Source: Octopus vulgaris (taxonomy: Eukaryota). Taken from it: 64,000 nucleotides of DNA. This document shows positions 1 to 13,152 of the stretch, one piece after another (position 1 is the stretch's first letter; each line of letters begins with the position of its first letter). A program made the position numbers and the translations under genes. The stretch spans positions 5,208,001 through 5,272,000 of the forward strand of contig OX597821.1 of assembly GCA_951406725.2 (NCBI GenBank). The letters are read 5' to 3'. Below the pieces are notes generated by a model. It worked only from the letters and a program-made list of their open reading frames with translations, was not told the DNA's origin and did no database searches.

Positions 1-655
1 AGGCTGCTTTTTGCAAGACGTCTATCTTGCATGGGATTTCCAGTTACCTTAAGAAGTTTTGAAGCTTCAATGGGATTGAACCCAGCATTCTGATCACCAC
101 TGGTATCACTTTTACATTACCCTCTCGCATTCCATACAATCTTGTCGTTTCTACTTTCATTTCGGAGTACTTGGTGATTTTCCCAACCTCTTTACTCACA
201 ACATTCATGTCACTTGGCATGGCTACATCAATGATCTGACAGTATTTGTCTCTCTTATTCAGTTTGACAATATCCGGCCCATTGTGTTCGATTACACGAC
301 CCGTCTGAAAATCCCGGGATATCGTTACCTTTCCATCCACCTGCATAACTTTACTTGCTACAGGCTCATACTAGTTCTCTTTACTGCATATTGGTATTTA
401 CAGCATAAGAGCCAATGAAGATACACACACATTATCGTGGCGGCACTTGTATTCTTTTTGTGCAAGACTCTCACATCCACACACACTAAGTGTGTCACAT
501 TTTCCACCCTTTTTCCACAGAGTCTGCATTTCTGGCTGTCAGAAGTTTTATAGATCTTGTACTTCACTGAGTTGTTAGCGAGAGCCTGGTCTTGTGCAGC
601 AATGATCAGGCTTTCGGTGGTACGCTTCAAATCACCTCGTTCGAGCCATGCCCAC
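1..655 (-). mobile_element. 5'-truncated, frameshifted non-LTR retrotransposon of the R4/Dong type (Zn knuckle + restriction-like endonuclease); runs off the window start
   Basis: ORFs 358-630 and 44-346 (-) read WLERGDLKRTTESLIIAAQDQAL...CRLCGKRVENVTHLVC and HNGPDIV...IIDVAMPSD...KY...VIPVVI: CCHC knuckle plus PD-(D/E)xK REL domain. Confidence 0.85.
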
Positions 656-994
<339 letters not shown>

Positions 995-1380
995 TGGCTG
1001 TGTGGTAAGTAGCTTGTTTACCAACAACATGGTTCCGGGTTCAGTCCCACTGCGTGGCACCTTGAGCGTGTGTCCTCTACTATAGCCTCGGCCCGACCAA
1101 AGCTTTGTGAGTGGATTTGGTAGAGGGAAACTAAAAGAAGCCCGTCGTATATATATATATTTGTATGTGTGCGTGTGTTTATGTGTTTATGTTTGTCTCT
1201 CCATCATCGCTTGACAACCGACAGTAGTGTGTTTACGTCCCGTAACTTAGCGGTTCGGTAAAAGAGACCGATGAAATAGGTACTAGGCTTACAAAGAATA
1301 AGTCCTGGGGTCGATTTGCGCGACTAAAGGCAGTACTCCAGCAAGGCCGCAGTCAAATGACTGAAACAAGTAAAAGAGTA
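995..1380 (+). mobile_element. tRNA-derived SINE, family A (internal TA/TG tract, CR1-like tail)
   Basis: A-box-like TGGCTGTGTGGTAAG, B-box-like GGTTCAGTCCC; tail CAGTCAAATGACTGAAACAAGTAAAAGAG; about ten or more copies in the window. Confidence 0.9.
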
Positions 1381-1939
1381 TTAGTATTAAGCATCCTTGT
1401 ATTGCGGTGTGGTGGTAGAGTCCTTTTTTCTTTTGGCTCTTGTCAACTTATGCTTCATTTTACTTCGACCGTTATAATAAAGTACTGACTGAGTATTACT
1501 GTCGATGGTATCAACAGACTAAGTTCCTTCAAAATTAATGACCTTGAGGCTAAACTATTAGCATGTATTTTTCATTACTATATTAACATAAGAGTATTTT
1601 CGGGCCAGGGAAATGTTGGTCACGGATTATATACGTTAAAATATATAGGTGTATCTACTTCCATATATCTTTACATCTAGCGTAAGCTGTCAAACTTCTT
1701 AATATTAATTTATTATTTCTGACTAAGTGGCTCTGTACGAAAACAGTGGAATATGCATATGGTACTATTAAAGATAGCTGAATATGAGATTCTGTTTCAC
1801 TTTCCAGTTGTAATTCGTATCACATCAACTAAGCAACGAATGCCTCGAAGTAAAACAAAACTGAAACAACCTTCAGTTATATCATTATCTACTTTAAGGC
1901 AGATTACACAACTTTGCCTCGTTTAAGAATAACGACTCC

Positions 1940-2045
1940 ACCCACAAAAATTAGCAATTGAATCTCCCTCATATCACGTTGTATCTCCTTAAATTTAAAA
2001 GAGAAGTCACATTGAATATGGTGGTATTAAAAAGCACTGTGTATG
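1940..2045 (+). repeat. old dispersed repeat (GCTAGAAATAGCAGCCAAATCTCCCTCAAATCAC-like); related copies near 6350, 8330, 12780, 15900, 24880, 25370, 39380, 39805, 60060, 63830
   Basis: recurrent degenerate motif recognised by eye on both strands. Confidence 0.5.
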
Positions 2046-3356
2046 AACAAAGCAGAGTTTATCACTGTGGCAACATGTTCGATCATGTGTATGTAGTATC
2101 AGAAGTAATCTGGAAAGCAATAATGATGGTAAACTTTGACCATGCAAATTGTCCATGTGTTTGTTGAACACACTTATCCTGTTTTGTTACCCAAAATATA
2201 TATTTTTATTCTATTGGATCCGATTTTGTTTTTCACAAATTTATTCACTGTTCTGCGCATCATTTACGTTAATTGTAATTTTGAGAATCATCATGACAAT
2301 ATGCGACAACAGTGAACTCTCGAATTACAGGTGCAAACCATTCAAACGGGCATCTTTCCATGTGTCTTTCACTTAGCTTCCCGTAAAGTCTTTGGGGCGA
2401 CCAGCGGCACTTAGTCAATATAGTACGCTGCAGATGGAAAGCTGGATCTTCCAATTACAGAGCAGACTTCTTTACTCGGCCACATTGTATCTGATATGAG
2501 TGCGCGCACACATACATATACACACAAAGGCACACAAACAAACACTCACTCACAACCGCTTACACACTTACACAGACAACCGCATAAAGAAGTTCACAAA
2601 CAGATATATACGCATATGCGTATATATATATAATATACATATATGTATATACTGTGTGTATATATGGGTATATATATATATGAACATACTCAAACACTCA
2701 CACATACACACACGTACAGCCATACATGCAAACCGTCACATATTAAGTAAATTGTCACTCAGTACATTTAAATACAGAATTAAATTTAAATACACAATAG
2801 CATGCATCGCGGAGAAAACTCGCTGGCAAACGACTTGAACCGGGGCCGTATGTTGAAAATAAAAACGATTGGAGCCTCATTTATTTACCATATATTATTT
2901 TGTGTCAAATTTTCGTCTCCCGAACTGCAACATCCTCACAAGCAAAATTAGGCTACAGTGTAATTTTAACACCAATTATCAATTAATAAATGCGTTAGTG
3001 AAGTTAAAAATCTTTGTGTGATTTTGAATGGCAAATATATGTATTTCGGGTTGTAATAGCTATAATCAGAAAATTCAATTTTAATTTGCAAAGATCGACT
3101 GTGATTTTTAGTTTAACCATTCGTTGACAGATCAGCCTGATCAAATCCTTCATTATACTAATCTACTCATTAACCACCATCAACTGAGTCAGCTAAATCC
3201 ATATAAATGTTACATCAAAGGACGTTCACTAAGACACTTATATAGCTGAAAAGCCTCTGTCGGATTGGAGTTTGCTGAGAGTAATACTGTAATAAATAAA
3301 TTTTGAATTGTATAATTCTCCATTCTTCTTTACGATGTCTTGATTATGTATAGACA

Positions 3357-3440
<84 letters not shown>

Positions 3441-3442
3441 AT

Positions 3443-3844
3443 AGGCGCAGTATGGCTGTGTGGTATGTAGCTTGCTAAGCAACCACATGGTTCCGGCTTC
3501 AGTCCCACTGCGTGGTATCTTGGGCAAGTGTCTTCTGCTATAGCCCCGGGCCAACCAATGCCTTGTGAGATTTGGTAGACGGAAACTGAAAGAAGCCTGT
3601 CGTATATATGTATATATATGTGTGTGTGTGTGTTTGTGTGTCTGTGTTTGTCCCCCTAGCATTGCTTGACAACCGATGCTGGTGTGTTTAAGTCCCCGTC
3701 ACTTAGTGGTTCGGCAAAAGAGACCGATAGAATAAGTACTGGGCTTACAAAGAATAAGTACCGGGGTCGATTTGCTCGACTAAAGGCGGTGCTCCAGCAT
3801 GGACGCAGTCAAACGACTGAAACAAGTAAAAGAATAAAAGAATA
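3443..3844 (+). mobile_element. SINE family A, full length
   Basis: colinear with 995-1380; starts AGGCGCAGTATGGCTGTGTGG, ends AAAAGAATAAAAGAATA. Confidence 0.92.
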
Positions 3845-4343
3845 TATATATATATATAAATCTAACGGTGGCCTCAAAAGACATTTCATGAACGACAAAC
3901 GTCAGAACTTATATGCAGCTCTTCTTGGTGGTCCAAATGGAATATGCAATCAATGTGGATATCTTTTCAAAACTTTGTCTGGTTTTAAAAAGCCACAGCA
4001 GATGCCATGATGGTTCTAAGGTGTGGGTACAGGAAGTGGTCAAATTCTGAATAAGGAGTAGACAGCCCCCATGTGCATATATGTGTGTGTGTCTCTGTAA
4101 GTGTGTATGTATATAAGAATAAGTCTATATATACATACATTTATGTATATATGTATGCATATATGTATGCATATATGTATGCATATATGTATATATGTAT
4201 GTCTCTATATATATATTAGAAGGTTTGGAGATGATACACAGGTATTATATATTAGAAGAAATGAGGTACTCAGAAATCTGGATGGTTTTATATTTACAGA
4301 TATTTATTAGCATGTTACATGTCTTTATAAATCATATATCATA

Positions 4344-4383
4344 GATTAGCGCTTTCGTCCACTCTAATGGAGTTGTCAAATTG
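4344..4383 (-). ncRNA. minimal hammerhead-ribozyme-like motif (U3-A8 core variant), probably in a PLE pseudo-LTR remnant
   Basis: minus strand AT-TTGACAA-C-TCCA-TTAGAG-TGGA-C-GAAA-GCGC-TA-AT; palindromic stem III AGCGCT; stem I only 2 bp. Confidence 0.4.
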
Positions 4384-4531
4384 AAATTTTGTAGGAATTT
4401 ATCTCTTTTTATGGTTTTATTGAGTGTGTAGGGGTGGACAAAGATATAAGATAGTACAAGTGGGTAAGGAATGGGGAGAAAGTGGGACAGAGCGTGGGCG
4501 CGCGCGTGTGAGTGTGTACGTGTGTTTTTGT

Positions 4532-4716
4532 GTGTTTTTGTATCTGAATGAAGTGTTAAAGAAAAAGAGAGGGAAAGAAAGAAGAAAAAATTTGTTGATA
4601 TCTTTGCAGCTGGTCAAGCTTTCAATAGTAAAAGATTCTTGGCTTTTAGAAATGGCAAACCCAGCTGGTCTGGATTTCTTCTTATCATCGTCTTGTGAGA
4701 GAGAGAGAGAGAGAGA

Positions 4717-4760
<44 letters not shown>

Positions 4761-4920
4761 CCGTGTGTGTGTGGGTGTCTGTGTATCTGAAAGCGGTGTC
4801 AAATGGAAAAAGGGAATGAAAGGAAGGAGGAGGAGAGAAAGAAAGAAAAAATGTGTTTACAGTTTTGCAGCTGGTCAGTCTTTCAATAGTAAATGATTCT
4901 TGACTTTTAGAAATGGCAAA

Positions 4921-4921
<1 letters not shown>
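4532..4921. repeat. diverged direct duplication (~130-150 bp units at ~4532-4660 and ~4774-4921)
   Basis: TGTATCTGAA...TTTGCAGCTGGTCA..CTTTCAATAGTAAA.GATTCTTG.CTTTTAGAAATGGCAAAC occurs twice. Confidence 0.85.
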
Positions 4922-4984
<63 letters not shown>

Positions 4985-5002
4985 TGTGTGTGTGTGTGTG
5001 TA

Positions 5003-5298
5003 TGCTGAGACCCCTTTCGGTCGCGACTGATCATGGGATTGCAACTAGAAAGTTACCCTCGAAGGCACAAGTCCGGGTAAGGTTGTTTTTAGAAGACCAG
5101 CATTCGCCCATGCATACCAGCCTTCCCTCTCCGTGCCACCAGTGTTATCCAAGGGAAAGGCAAGGGCCGATACACCTGTGACGTCGCAACTCATTTCTAC
5201 AGCTGAGTGAACTGGAACAGCGTTAAATAAAGTGTCTTGCCCAAGAACACAACCCGCATCCCAGTCTGGGATTCGAACTCACAACCCCACTGAGCCAT
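5003..5298 (-). mobile_element. tRNA-derived SINE, family D
   Basis: minus-strand B-box GAGTTCGAATCCC, central CAGCTGAGTGAACTGGA block; homologous to 59660-59992. Confidence 0.85.
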
Positions 5299-5691
5299 GT
5301 ACATTCACACACACACATACACACACACACACAGATATATATATATATATGTGTATATAAATGGAGCCGCTTGAATCAGTCGTACTGCACCACCACTGGA
5401 TATCCTGTTGTTTATTTTGATATAGAGAGAGATATATAGATATATAGATACCTACATACATACATACATACATTCATACATACATACATACATACATACA
5501 TACATAAATACATCATATTAGAGGAAATATCAAAAACAAAGCAGGAGTATCTTAAATCCCTTATAAATTTATTAAGGTATGCTGAATTTGAAGTTTAAGG
5601 GATAAATCTAGCGGCACTTTAGTACGTTTATGCAGTACAAGAAGAGCATACGCTTTATTGCATATGATTCTTTTACTATTATTATTATTTA

Positions 5692-6093
5692 CTAGCAGTA
5701 TCACCCGGCGTTGCTCGGGTTTGTAAGGGAAATAACTATATAAGCATTTTTAGAGATGTAAAGTACAATATCCATCTCAATATAGCTAACCACAAAGGGG
5801 GGGGTGTTACTGTAGCTTTTTACGTTCTGAGATTTAACAATAAACTTTTAGAGAGTTACTTCCCTTATGCCAAATATGCCAAAAATGCATTAAAAATTGG
5901 AAAAATTGATGGTAATTTTTTTTTTAAATCGTAGACTCATCGTAGACGCGCGCTAATACCCAGAAGGGCTCGATATGAATCACGACTATAAGATACCCAG
6001 TTTTGGTTAAACTGCACCGCAAAATGTGGGAGTAGTTAGGAATCTAAATCGTAGGAGATAGACAGCACACAACCTCACTTTTATATATAAAGA
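5692..6093 (-). mobile_element. non-autonomous Helitron (~400 bp)
   Basis: minus strand starts A|TCTTTATATATAAAAG, ends with hairpin CCCGAGCAACGCCGGG then CTAG|T; inserted between A and T with no TSD. Confidence 0.85.
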
Positions 6094-6569
6094 TTATTAA
6101 ATGTGTGAGTACAGATCATGATGAAATAGAAAATGCTCCGTGTCTCGAAAATATGCGTTTGCTCAAGATAATGTAAAGAGTAAAGAGATTAATCAGAAAT
6201 AAAGCGGAGCCGTTTGCTGTTGATATTCTTGTTCTCATACCTTTTAGTTCCAGGTCAAAACTTATATTTAAAACTGTCATCAAAGACGTTTCCATTTTCC
6301 CTTCTGACAACCTACTTCAGATTGCATGTTTCAAAAGACTTTTATACTAAACACTGCACTGAGGTGTGAGAATGCTACGGCTGCTTTTTCTAGCATTCGG
6401 ATCGACCACTTTGGAAGATCATTCATCTGACTGCTGCTGTCGCAATTAATAATGTTGGTTTTCTTCGGTTTTTCTTCTCTCTTTTTATTCTTCTTATGGT
6501 TCCTTTCTGTTTTTGTTTTTTATTTTATTGTTTTTTTTGAAAAGATTAAAAGCGGATAATAAACAACGC

Positions 6570-6928
6570 GATGATGATAATGATAACGATGGTGATGACT
6601 ACGATGATGATCCTAATCATGATCATGATCATGATGAAGATGGTGGTAGTGGTGATAACGACGGAGGTGCTGGCGGTGATGGTGGTCACGAGGATGATGA
6701 TAATAATTACTATCCTGTCACTGCTGCTGCTGATTCTGATGTGATGCTGTTGCTGCTGATGATGATGATGAGGATGATGATCGTGATGATGTTGATGATG
6801 ATGATAATGATGATAGTGGTGATGCTGAGGCCGATGATGGTGATGATCGTGGTGACGCTAATGATGATAATGATGATAGTGGTGATGGTGGTGGTGATGG
6901 TGATGATGATGATGATGATGATGATGAA

Positions 6929-6973
<45 letters not shown>

Positions 6974-7025
6974 GGTGGTGGTGAGGGTAATGATGATGTT
7001 GATGATAATGATGATGATGATGATT
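6570..7025. repeat. degenerate (GAT)n/(GGT)n microsatellite
   Basis: direct reading. Confidence 0.92.
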
Positions 7026-7493
7026 CCATATTTTTTACTCCCCCATTCTTAATCGAGGCAATTTGTCAGCTTTATTCCATGGCTGGAAGCAATCAAAAGA
7101 GAACCGGACAAAAAGAAAAAAAAAAGGAAAAATGAAAAGCAGACGGAATTTAACATAACGTTCGGAAGAAGTATTACAAAGAGGGAATAAAAGAAAGAAG
7201 AGAAAAGGAATTGAGGAAGAAAAAAGCTAAAACAAATAAAGAATTGGAAAGGCATGTAAGAGAAGATGTATGAAAGAAAAAGAAATCAGGTTTGAAATTA
7301 GTGAGAAAAAGAAAGAAGTTGATAGAGAGAAAGTAAGAGATAGTAAAAGAGATGTGGGTGAGTTTTTGCGCGAAGGTGTGTGTGTGTGTGCTTGTAGGTC
7401 TGTGTCTATACGCACACACATTCACACACACACAATGAAACCCGCACACACACACACACACACACACGCGCACACACACATATATATATATAT

Positions 7494-7700
7494 AAGGCGG
7501 CGAGCTGGCAGAAACGTTAGCGCGCCGGGCGATATGCTTAGCCGTATTCCGTCTGTCGTTACGTTCTGAATTCAAATTCCGCCGAGGTCGACTTTGCCTT
7601 TCATCCTTTCGGGGTCGATAAATAAAGTACCAGTTTCGCACTGGGGTCGATGTAATCGACCTAATCCCTTTGTCTGTCCTTGTTTGTCCCCTCTATGTTT
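7494..7700 (+). mobile_element. tRNA-derived SINE, family E (Nin-domain-like core)
   Basis: AAGGCGGCGAGCTGGCAGAA head, B-box-like TTCAAATTCC, core GTCGACTTTGCCTTTCATCCTTTCGGGGTCGATAAA; further degenerate copies near 12200, 16170, 16390, 33655, 36610, 46500, 52910, 60150. Confidence 0.85.
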
Positions 7701-7749
7701 CTAGTTTTTACTTGTTTCAGTCATTAGACTGTGGTCATGCTTGGCACCA

Positions 7750-7814
<65 letters not shown>

Positions 7815-8437
7815 GCATATATGAAACAGTGAAGGGAAATTTCCTTGGAGAAATAAAGACATGTGCCAGCGTACATGGTTAGCTTTTTGAACATTTACTA
7901 TAAAAGGCGCCCATTATTGCCGCATCGGAATAAAAGAGAACCGGTCTCAAAAAGTCCTGATAAATCGCATCCTTCCAGTTTTAAGAGGATACTGAAACGA
8001 CGGTGTGGCATGCACGAAATAGTGTTGCTGTCACCATGTGTACTAGTGTCTTGTATACCAACAAAGCCATTGCTAGAGAGTATCATTGAAATCAGTCGTT
8101 GATGATGTAATGTGAGGCCCTTGTATGACTCTTGAGCCCCTGGCCAAAGATTTGCACATTCCATTGCATAATGCACTGTTGTGCTGGTTAACAGAAGGAA
8201 CAGGTGCCACAGTATGAAGACCTTTGACATACCTTTTCAATCCTCCAACTGAAAGGCACACCTTTGCACATACATACATAAATACATACATATTTCTCTT
8301 TCCATTTCAGAATTACAACTATTAGTGGTTTGGAGTTTGGCTGCTCTTTCTAGTGAGTCGGATGTCCTATTATGGCCGTCCCTTATATGTTTGAATGTAC
8401 ATACATACATACATACATACATACATACATACATACA

Positions 8438-8740
8438 TTGAAGAAGCTGATTCGGAAACTACATTTCAAATTCATTACTGGAACTAGAAATCTGTAAAAC
8501 TTTCCTCAAGTTTATCATTTAAGTATATGTTAGGGTGTCTCGATATGTATGAGGAGACACATAAAACAAAAAATACAAATCTGCACATATACATACATAT
8601 ATACATACATACTTACATTCATACAAAAATACCCTGTTGTTGATGTTGAAATTCCAATGAAGGTGCCTTGTTTCTAGGTTAGAAACCGCCTTTTTCTCTA
8701 TTGGCCAGAAAACTTGAAATAAAACTCAATAATGACATAC
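8438..8740 (+). mobile_element. extreme 3' end of an R4/Dong-like LINE embedded in (TACA)n
   Basis: reads KKLIRKLHFKFITGT.EICKTFLKF; 8628-8740 is homologous to the 3' UTR at 45240-45350. Confidence 0.6.
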
Positions 8741-8786
8741 ATACATATATATATATTTTGTCGTTGGTAATGCTTTCCTGCGTGAA

Positions 8787-9200
8787 TACTTTTTTACTCT
8801 TTTTACTTGTTTCAGTCATTTGACTGTGGCCATGCTGGAGCAACGCCTTTTAGTGGAGCAAATCGACCCCAGGACTTATTCTTTGTAAGCCTAGTACTTA
8901 TTCTATCTATCTCTTTTGCCGAAGCGATAAGCTAAGGGGACATAAACACACCAGTATTGGTTGCCAAGCGATGTTGAGGGGACAAATACAGACACACAAA
9001 TATACACACACATACATATATACATATACATATATACGACGGTCTTCTTTCAGTTTCCGTCTACCAAATCCACTCACAAGGCTTTGGTAGGCCTGAGGCT
9101 ATAATAGAAGACACTTGCCCAAGGTACCGCGTAGTGGGACTGAACCCGGAACCATGTGGTTGGTAAGCAAGCTACTTACCACACAGCCACTCCTACGCCT
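8787..9200 (-). mobile_element. SINE family A, full length
   Basis: reverse complement of 3443-3844. Confidence 0.92.
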
Positions 9201-9989
9201 ATATTGAACTTCATGATTCAGGTTCTGATGAAGATATATTTAAATATTCATCGATGAATGCCTTGCATTCTATAGCAGGAACAGCTGCAAATCAATGAAA
9301 TTCTTGACATAATTCTTTCCTTTATTAAAATTTTATTAAAATTCCTATTAGTCCTCAGTACTCCACCGGCGCTTTGTTCTAAAGCATTATCATAATGAGC
9401 TTTACAAACATAGTTATGTGCAGTAAGTGTGTTTATCTGTTTGTGCGTGTATGTGTATATTATTTGTGTGTAAAGATAGAGATAGGAAAGTAGATACTGT
9501 TTCGTTTACTCAGTATGCCATATATTGATGTAAAGACATGATCCTTAGATACGGTATCTGCGTGAATACAAGCAATCAAACAAAGGTCCCAAATGAACTT
9601 CAAGATGTCAAGAATGGTGATATGTTATCTGAAAATGTGATGCTCACCACTCTCTCTACATACTGCATTGACTAAAATGTATAGATATATTCTGAAGTAA
9701 GATAGTAGCACAGTAATTTACCGAATCAGTACCAAAATAATTGTAACGGTTTCCTAGAATGCGTGTATAGGCAAATCTATATATTTGAGGTAATTAGTGC
9801 ATAGTTGTAGTAGATTTGATAGCAACATTGCCGTGGAAATCTGAATGTGATGCATCGTGGTCGATGACATTTCAAAAGAAAAACATTAAGCATAAGCTGC
9901 CTCGGAGATTATTTTATGCAATGACATATTTACATTTCTGCTAAGATACAGTGTTCGCCAAAACCTATACATCTGCTCAGAAATGCAGT

Positions 9990-10155
<166 letters not shown>

Positions 10156-10690
10156 AAGGCGGCAGAATAGTTAGCAGGAGGGCGGAATGTTTAACAACAT
10201 TTCACCCGTCTTCAGGTTCTGAGTTCCAATTCCGCCGAGGTTAACTCTGCCTTTCATTCTTTCGGGGTCGATAAATTAAGTACCAGTGAAACACTTTGAT
10301 CGATGTAATGGACTAGTGCCCTCCCACAAAATTTCAAGGCCTTGTACCCTCAGTAGAAAAGGATATGTGTTATTGTGAAGTTGGCAAGCTAGCAGAAACA
10401 GAACGGTGGGCGAAATGCTTAGCGGTATTTCGTCTGCTGTTACGTTCTGAGTTCAAATTCCGCCGAGGTCGACTTTGCCATTTATCCTTTCGGGGTCGAT
10501 AAATTAAGTACCAGTTACGCACTGGAGTCGATTTAATCGACTTAATCCGTTTGTCTGTCCTTGTTTGTCCTCTCGGTGTTTAGCCCCTTGTGGGTAGTAA
10601 AGAAATAGGTCGACTTTGTCTTTCATCCTTTCGAGATCAATAAATTAAGTACCAGTTGCATACTGGGGTCGATCTATTCGACTGACCCCC
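10156..10690 (+). mobile_element. tandem cluster of SINE family E (10156-10362, 10383-10608, partial 10609-10690)
   Basis: three successive CTTTCAT.CTTTCG.G.TC.ATAAATTAAGTACCAG cores. Confidence 0.85.
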
Positions 10691-10702
10691 TATATGTATG
10701 TA

Positions 10703-10751
<49 letters not shown>

Positions 10752-10955
10752 GTGTGTGTGTTTGTGTGTGTGTATATATATGCATATATATGTATATATG
10801 TGTGTATTTACTTATATGTGTATATATATATGTACGTATATATATGTGTGTGTGTATATACAGATATACACCGATAGATAGATAGATGCAAATATAAGCA
10901 CATATATATTCATGCACAAATTTTATTAAATATGTGTGTGTATGTTTGAATGTAC

Positions 10956-11013
<58 letters not shown>

Positions 11014-12979
11014 CTATTCTTACAAGCATAGACACGCATATTGATATATATATTTACGTGGATGTAGATGCATACGTACAGATAAACCTATTCTTGTATA
11101 TTCATATTTTTATGCATGTCTCTAAACATATACCTTCTATTATCATTATTTTTATTATCATCATCATCATCATTACTATTATCATCATCATCCTCTTCAT
11201 CATTATTATCATTTACATCATGATCCTTATTATTATTACCATCATCATCATCATCATTATTTTTATTACTTTTGACAGGAAATTTCCTTCTGACAAATTA
11301 CCAAAATATTACAAATGCTCTGTCATTACTTTACCATCATCTAAATCTACATTGTTGATTATAATTTGATACCTTACCTTGTTATATTCTTCTCTCCTTT
11401 TTTTTCTTATGTTCTTATGTTCTTTTTAATTTTATTACTTCTCTCATATATACGATCGACGGATGATTCGTGGCTCTCATTATTGTTGTTCTTGGTATTG
11501 TGATGATTATTGTAGCTGATATCGCTATCATTGATGTTTTCCTCCCTATTTTATTTTCATGTTTGCTTCTCTTTTCTTTTTCTTTGTGTGTGTGTGTGTG
11601 TGTGTGTTATCGTTGTTTCCAGGTTTGTCATCGTTGCTTTTCTTAATGTTTCAATGTCATCACATTATTATTGCCACAGCTTTTTCCCCACCGTCTCCTG
11701 CTTTTTCTCGTCTCCCAATCGATATATAATTATGCATACACGAATGACTGATCCACATCTTAATCGAAACTCAATCATGATCGCTCAATTGGAATATTCT
11801 ACTTTTTGCTTCTCTTATTATTTCTGAAAAGTCTTCTTTTTTCAGTGAAATAATTTTATTTTTATTTTTACTTTATTATTATTTTTTGCGTTTCATTCTT
11901 CTCCAGTTTTGCTGAATCTAATTCCAAGAAGCATTAGTTTTATAGCAACGTTCCATTAAACTAGCTAGCATTTATCTTTCCCAATATACTCACAAACATA
12001 CACTCACACAAACACACATTCAGACACATACACTCACAGACACCCACTCACGCATATACACATTTATATAAATCATAGAAGTCAATCGTCTCATCGAACC
12101 AAGCAAACTATGGTTTGATTGGTTTTCGAAACTGCTGATGCTACCTGTTGATTGCAAAACTTAGCAGAATTGTCATTGTCTATAAGTGTCGGAATTTTTC
12201 TGTATCTTCTATTTGAACTCAGAATACAGAGGACGAGAACAGATGATGCGGGTCATCTTTTCGAACGCGTTGAAAATTCCACCTGACACATTTCCTGGAG
12301 TGATATTTATTTATCGACACCTAAAAATGGAAAGACAAAGATAAATTTGACAACGGCTGGGTTTGAACTCAGAATGCAGCTATAAGGAATGTCTCGAAGC
12401 TTACAATCCAACCCCTGAACCACGCTGCGGATTCTGTGTCATTTAAAACACACAAGCAAACACAAACATAAATATTTTATTTTTATGTGTGTGTATCTGT
12501 GTGTATATGTGTGTGATTGCCTCTGTGTGTGTTTGTGTGTGTACATATGTGTCTGTGTGTGTGCGTGTGCTCTCTTTTGGGTGAGCGTTCTGTGTCTAGT
12601 TCTGGAAATTGTATTTTGTAAGTAACAGACTACGCTGAGGAGTTTGCAGATATTTACATTCGTAAATATTAACAAATGAAACAAATGAAACCATGGTTCG
12701 CAGGTAAAGGTTTTTTTATTTCGTATATTTTCATTTGTCTTTCTCATTTTTACATTCTGGCGTTTGCTTAAATTTTCTGGAGAATACTCTCTTCGTGGTA
12801 AGGCGATTTGACGTCTATCTTTAGCATATTAAGAATCCACTTTGGTGGTCATTCCTGTTAATTTGTATGTAATATAATTTTTAATCTTCGGATTTTCTAC
12901 AATATGCTGAGCCACTGGTTTTAATTTATTAATTTCAATTTCTACCCTCATTATTTAATTTTTAAATTATATATATATA

Positions 12980-13096
<117 letters not shown>

Positions 13097-13152
13097 TAGA
13101 GGAAAAATAAAAAATAAGACAGAACGAGTATCGCGATATATACATATATATA

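Noticed and set aside
6513-7052. 179-aa Asp/Met-rich ORF
   Set aside because: Entirely (GAT)n/(GGT)n low-complexity sequence
7863-8240. Complex-sequence ORFs on both strands
   Set aside because: No recognisable motif or convincing splice-bounded exon; probably an unidentified transposon scrap
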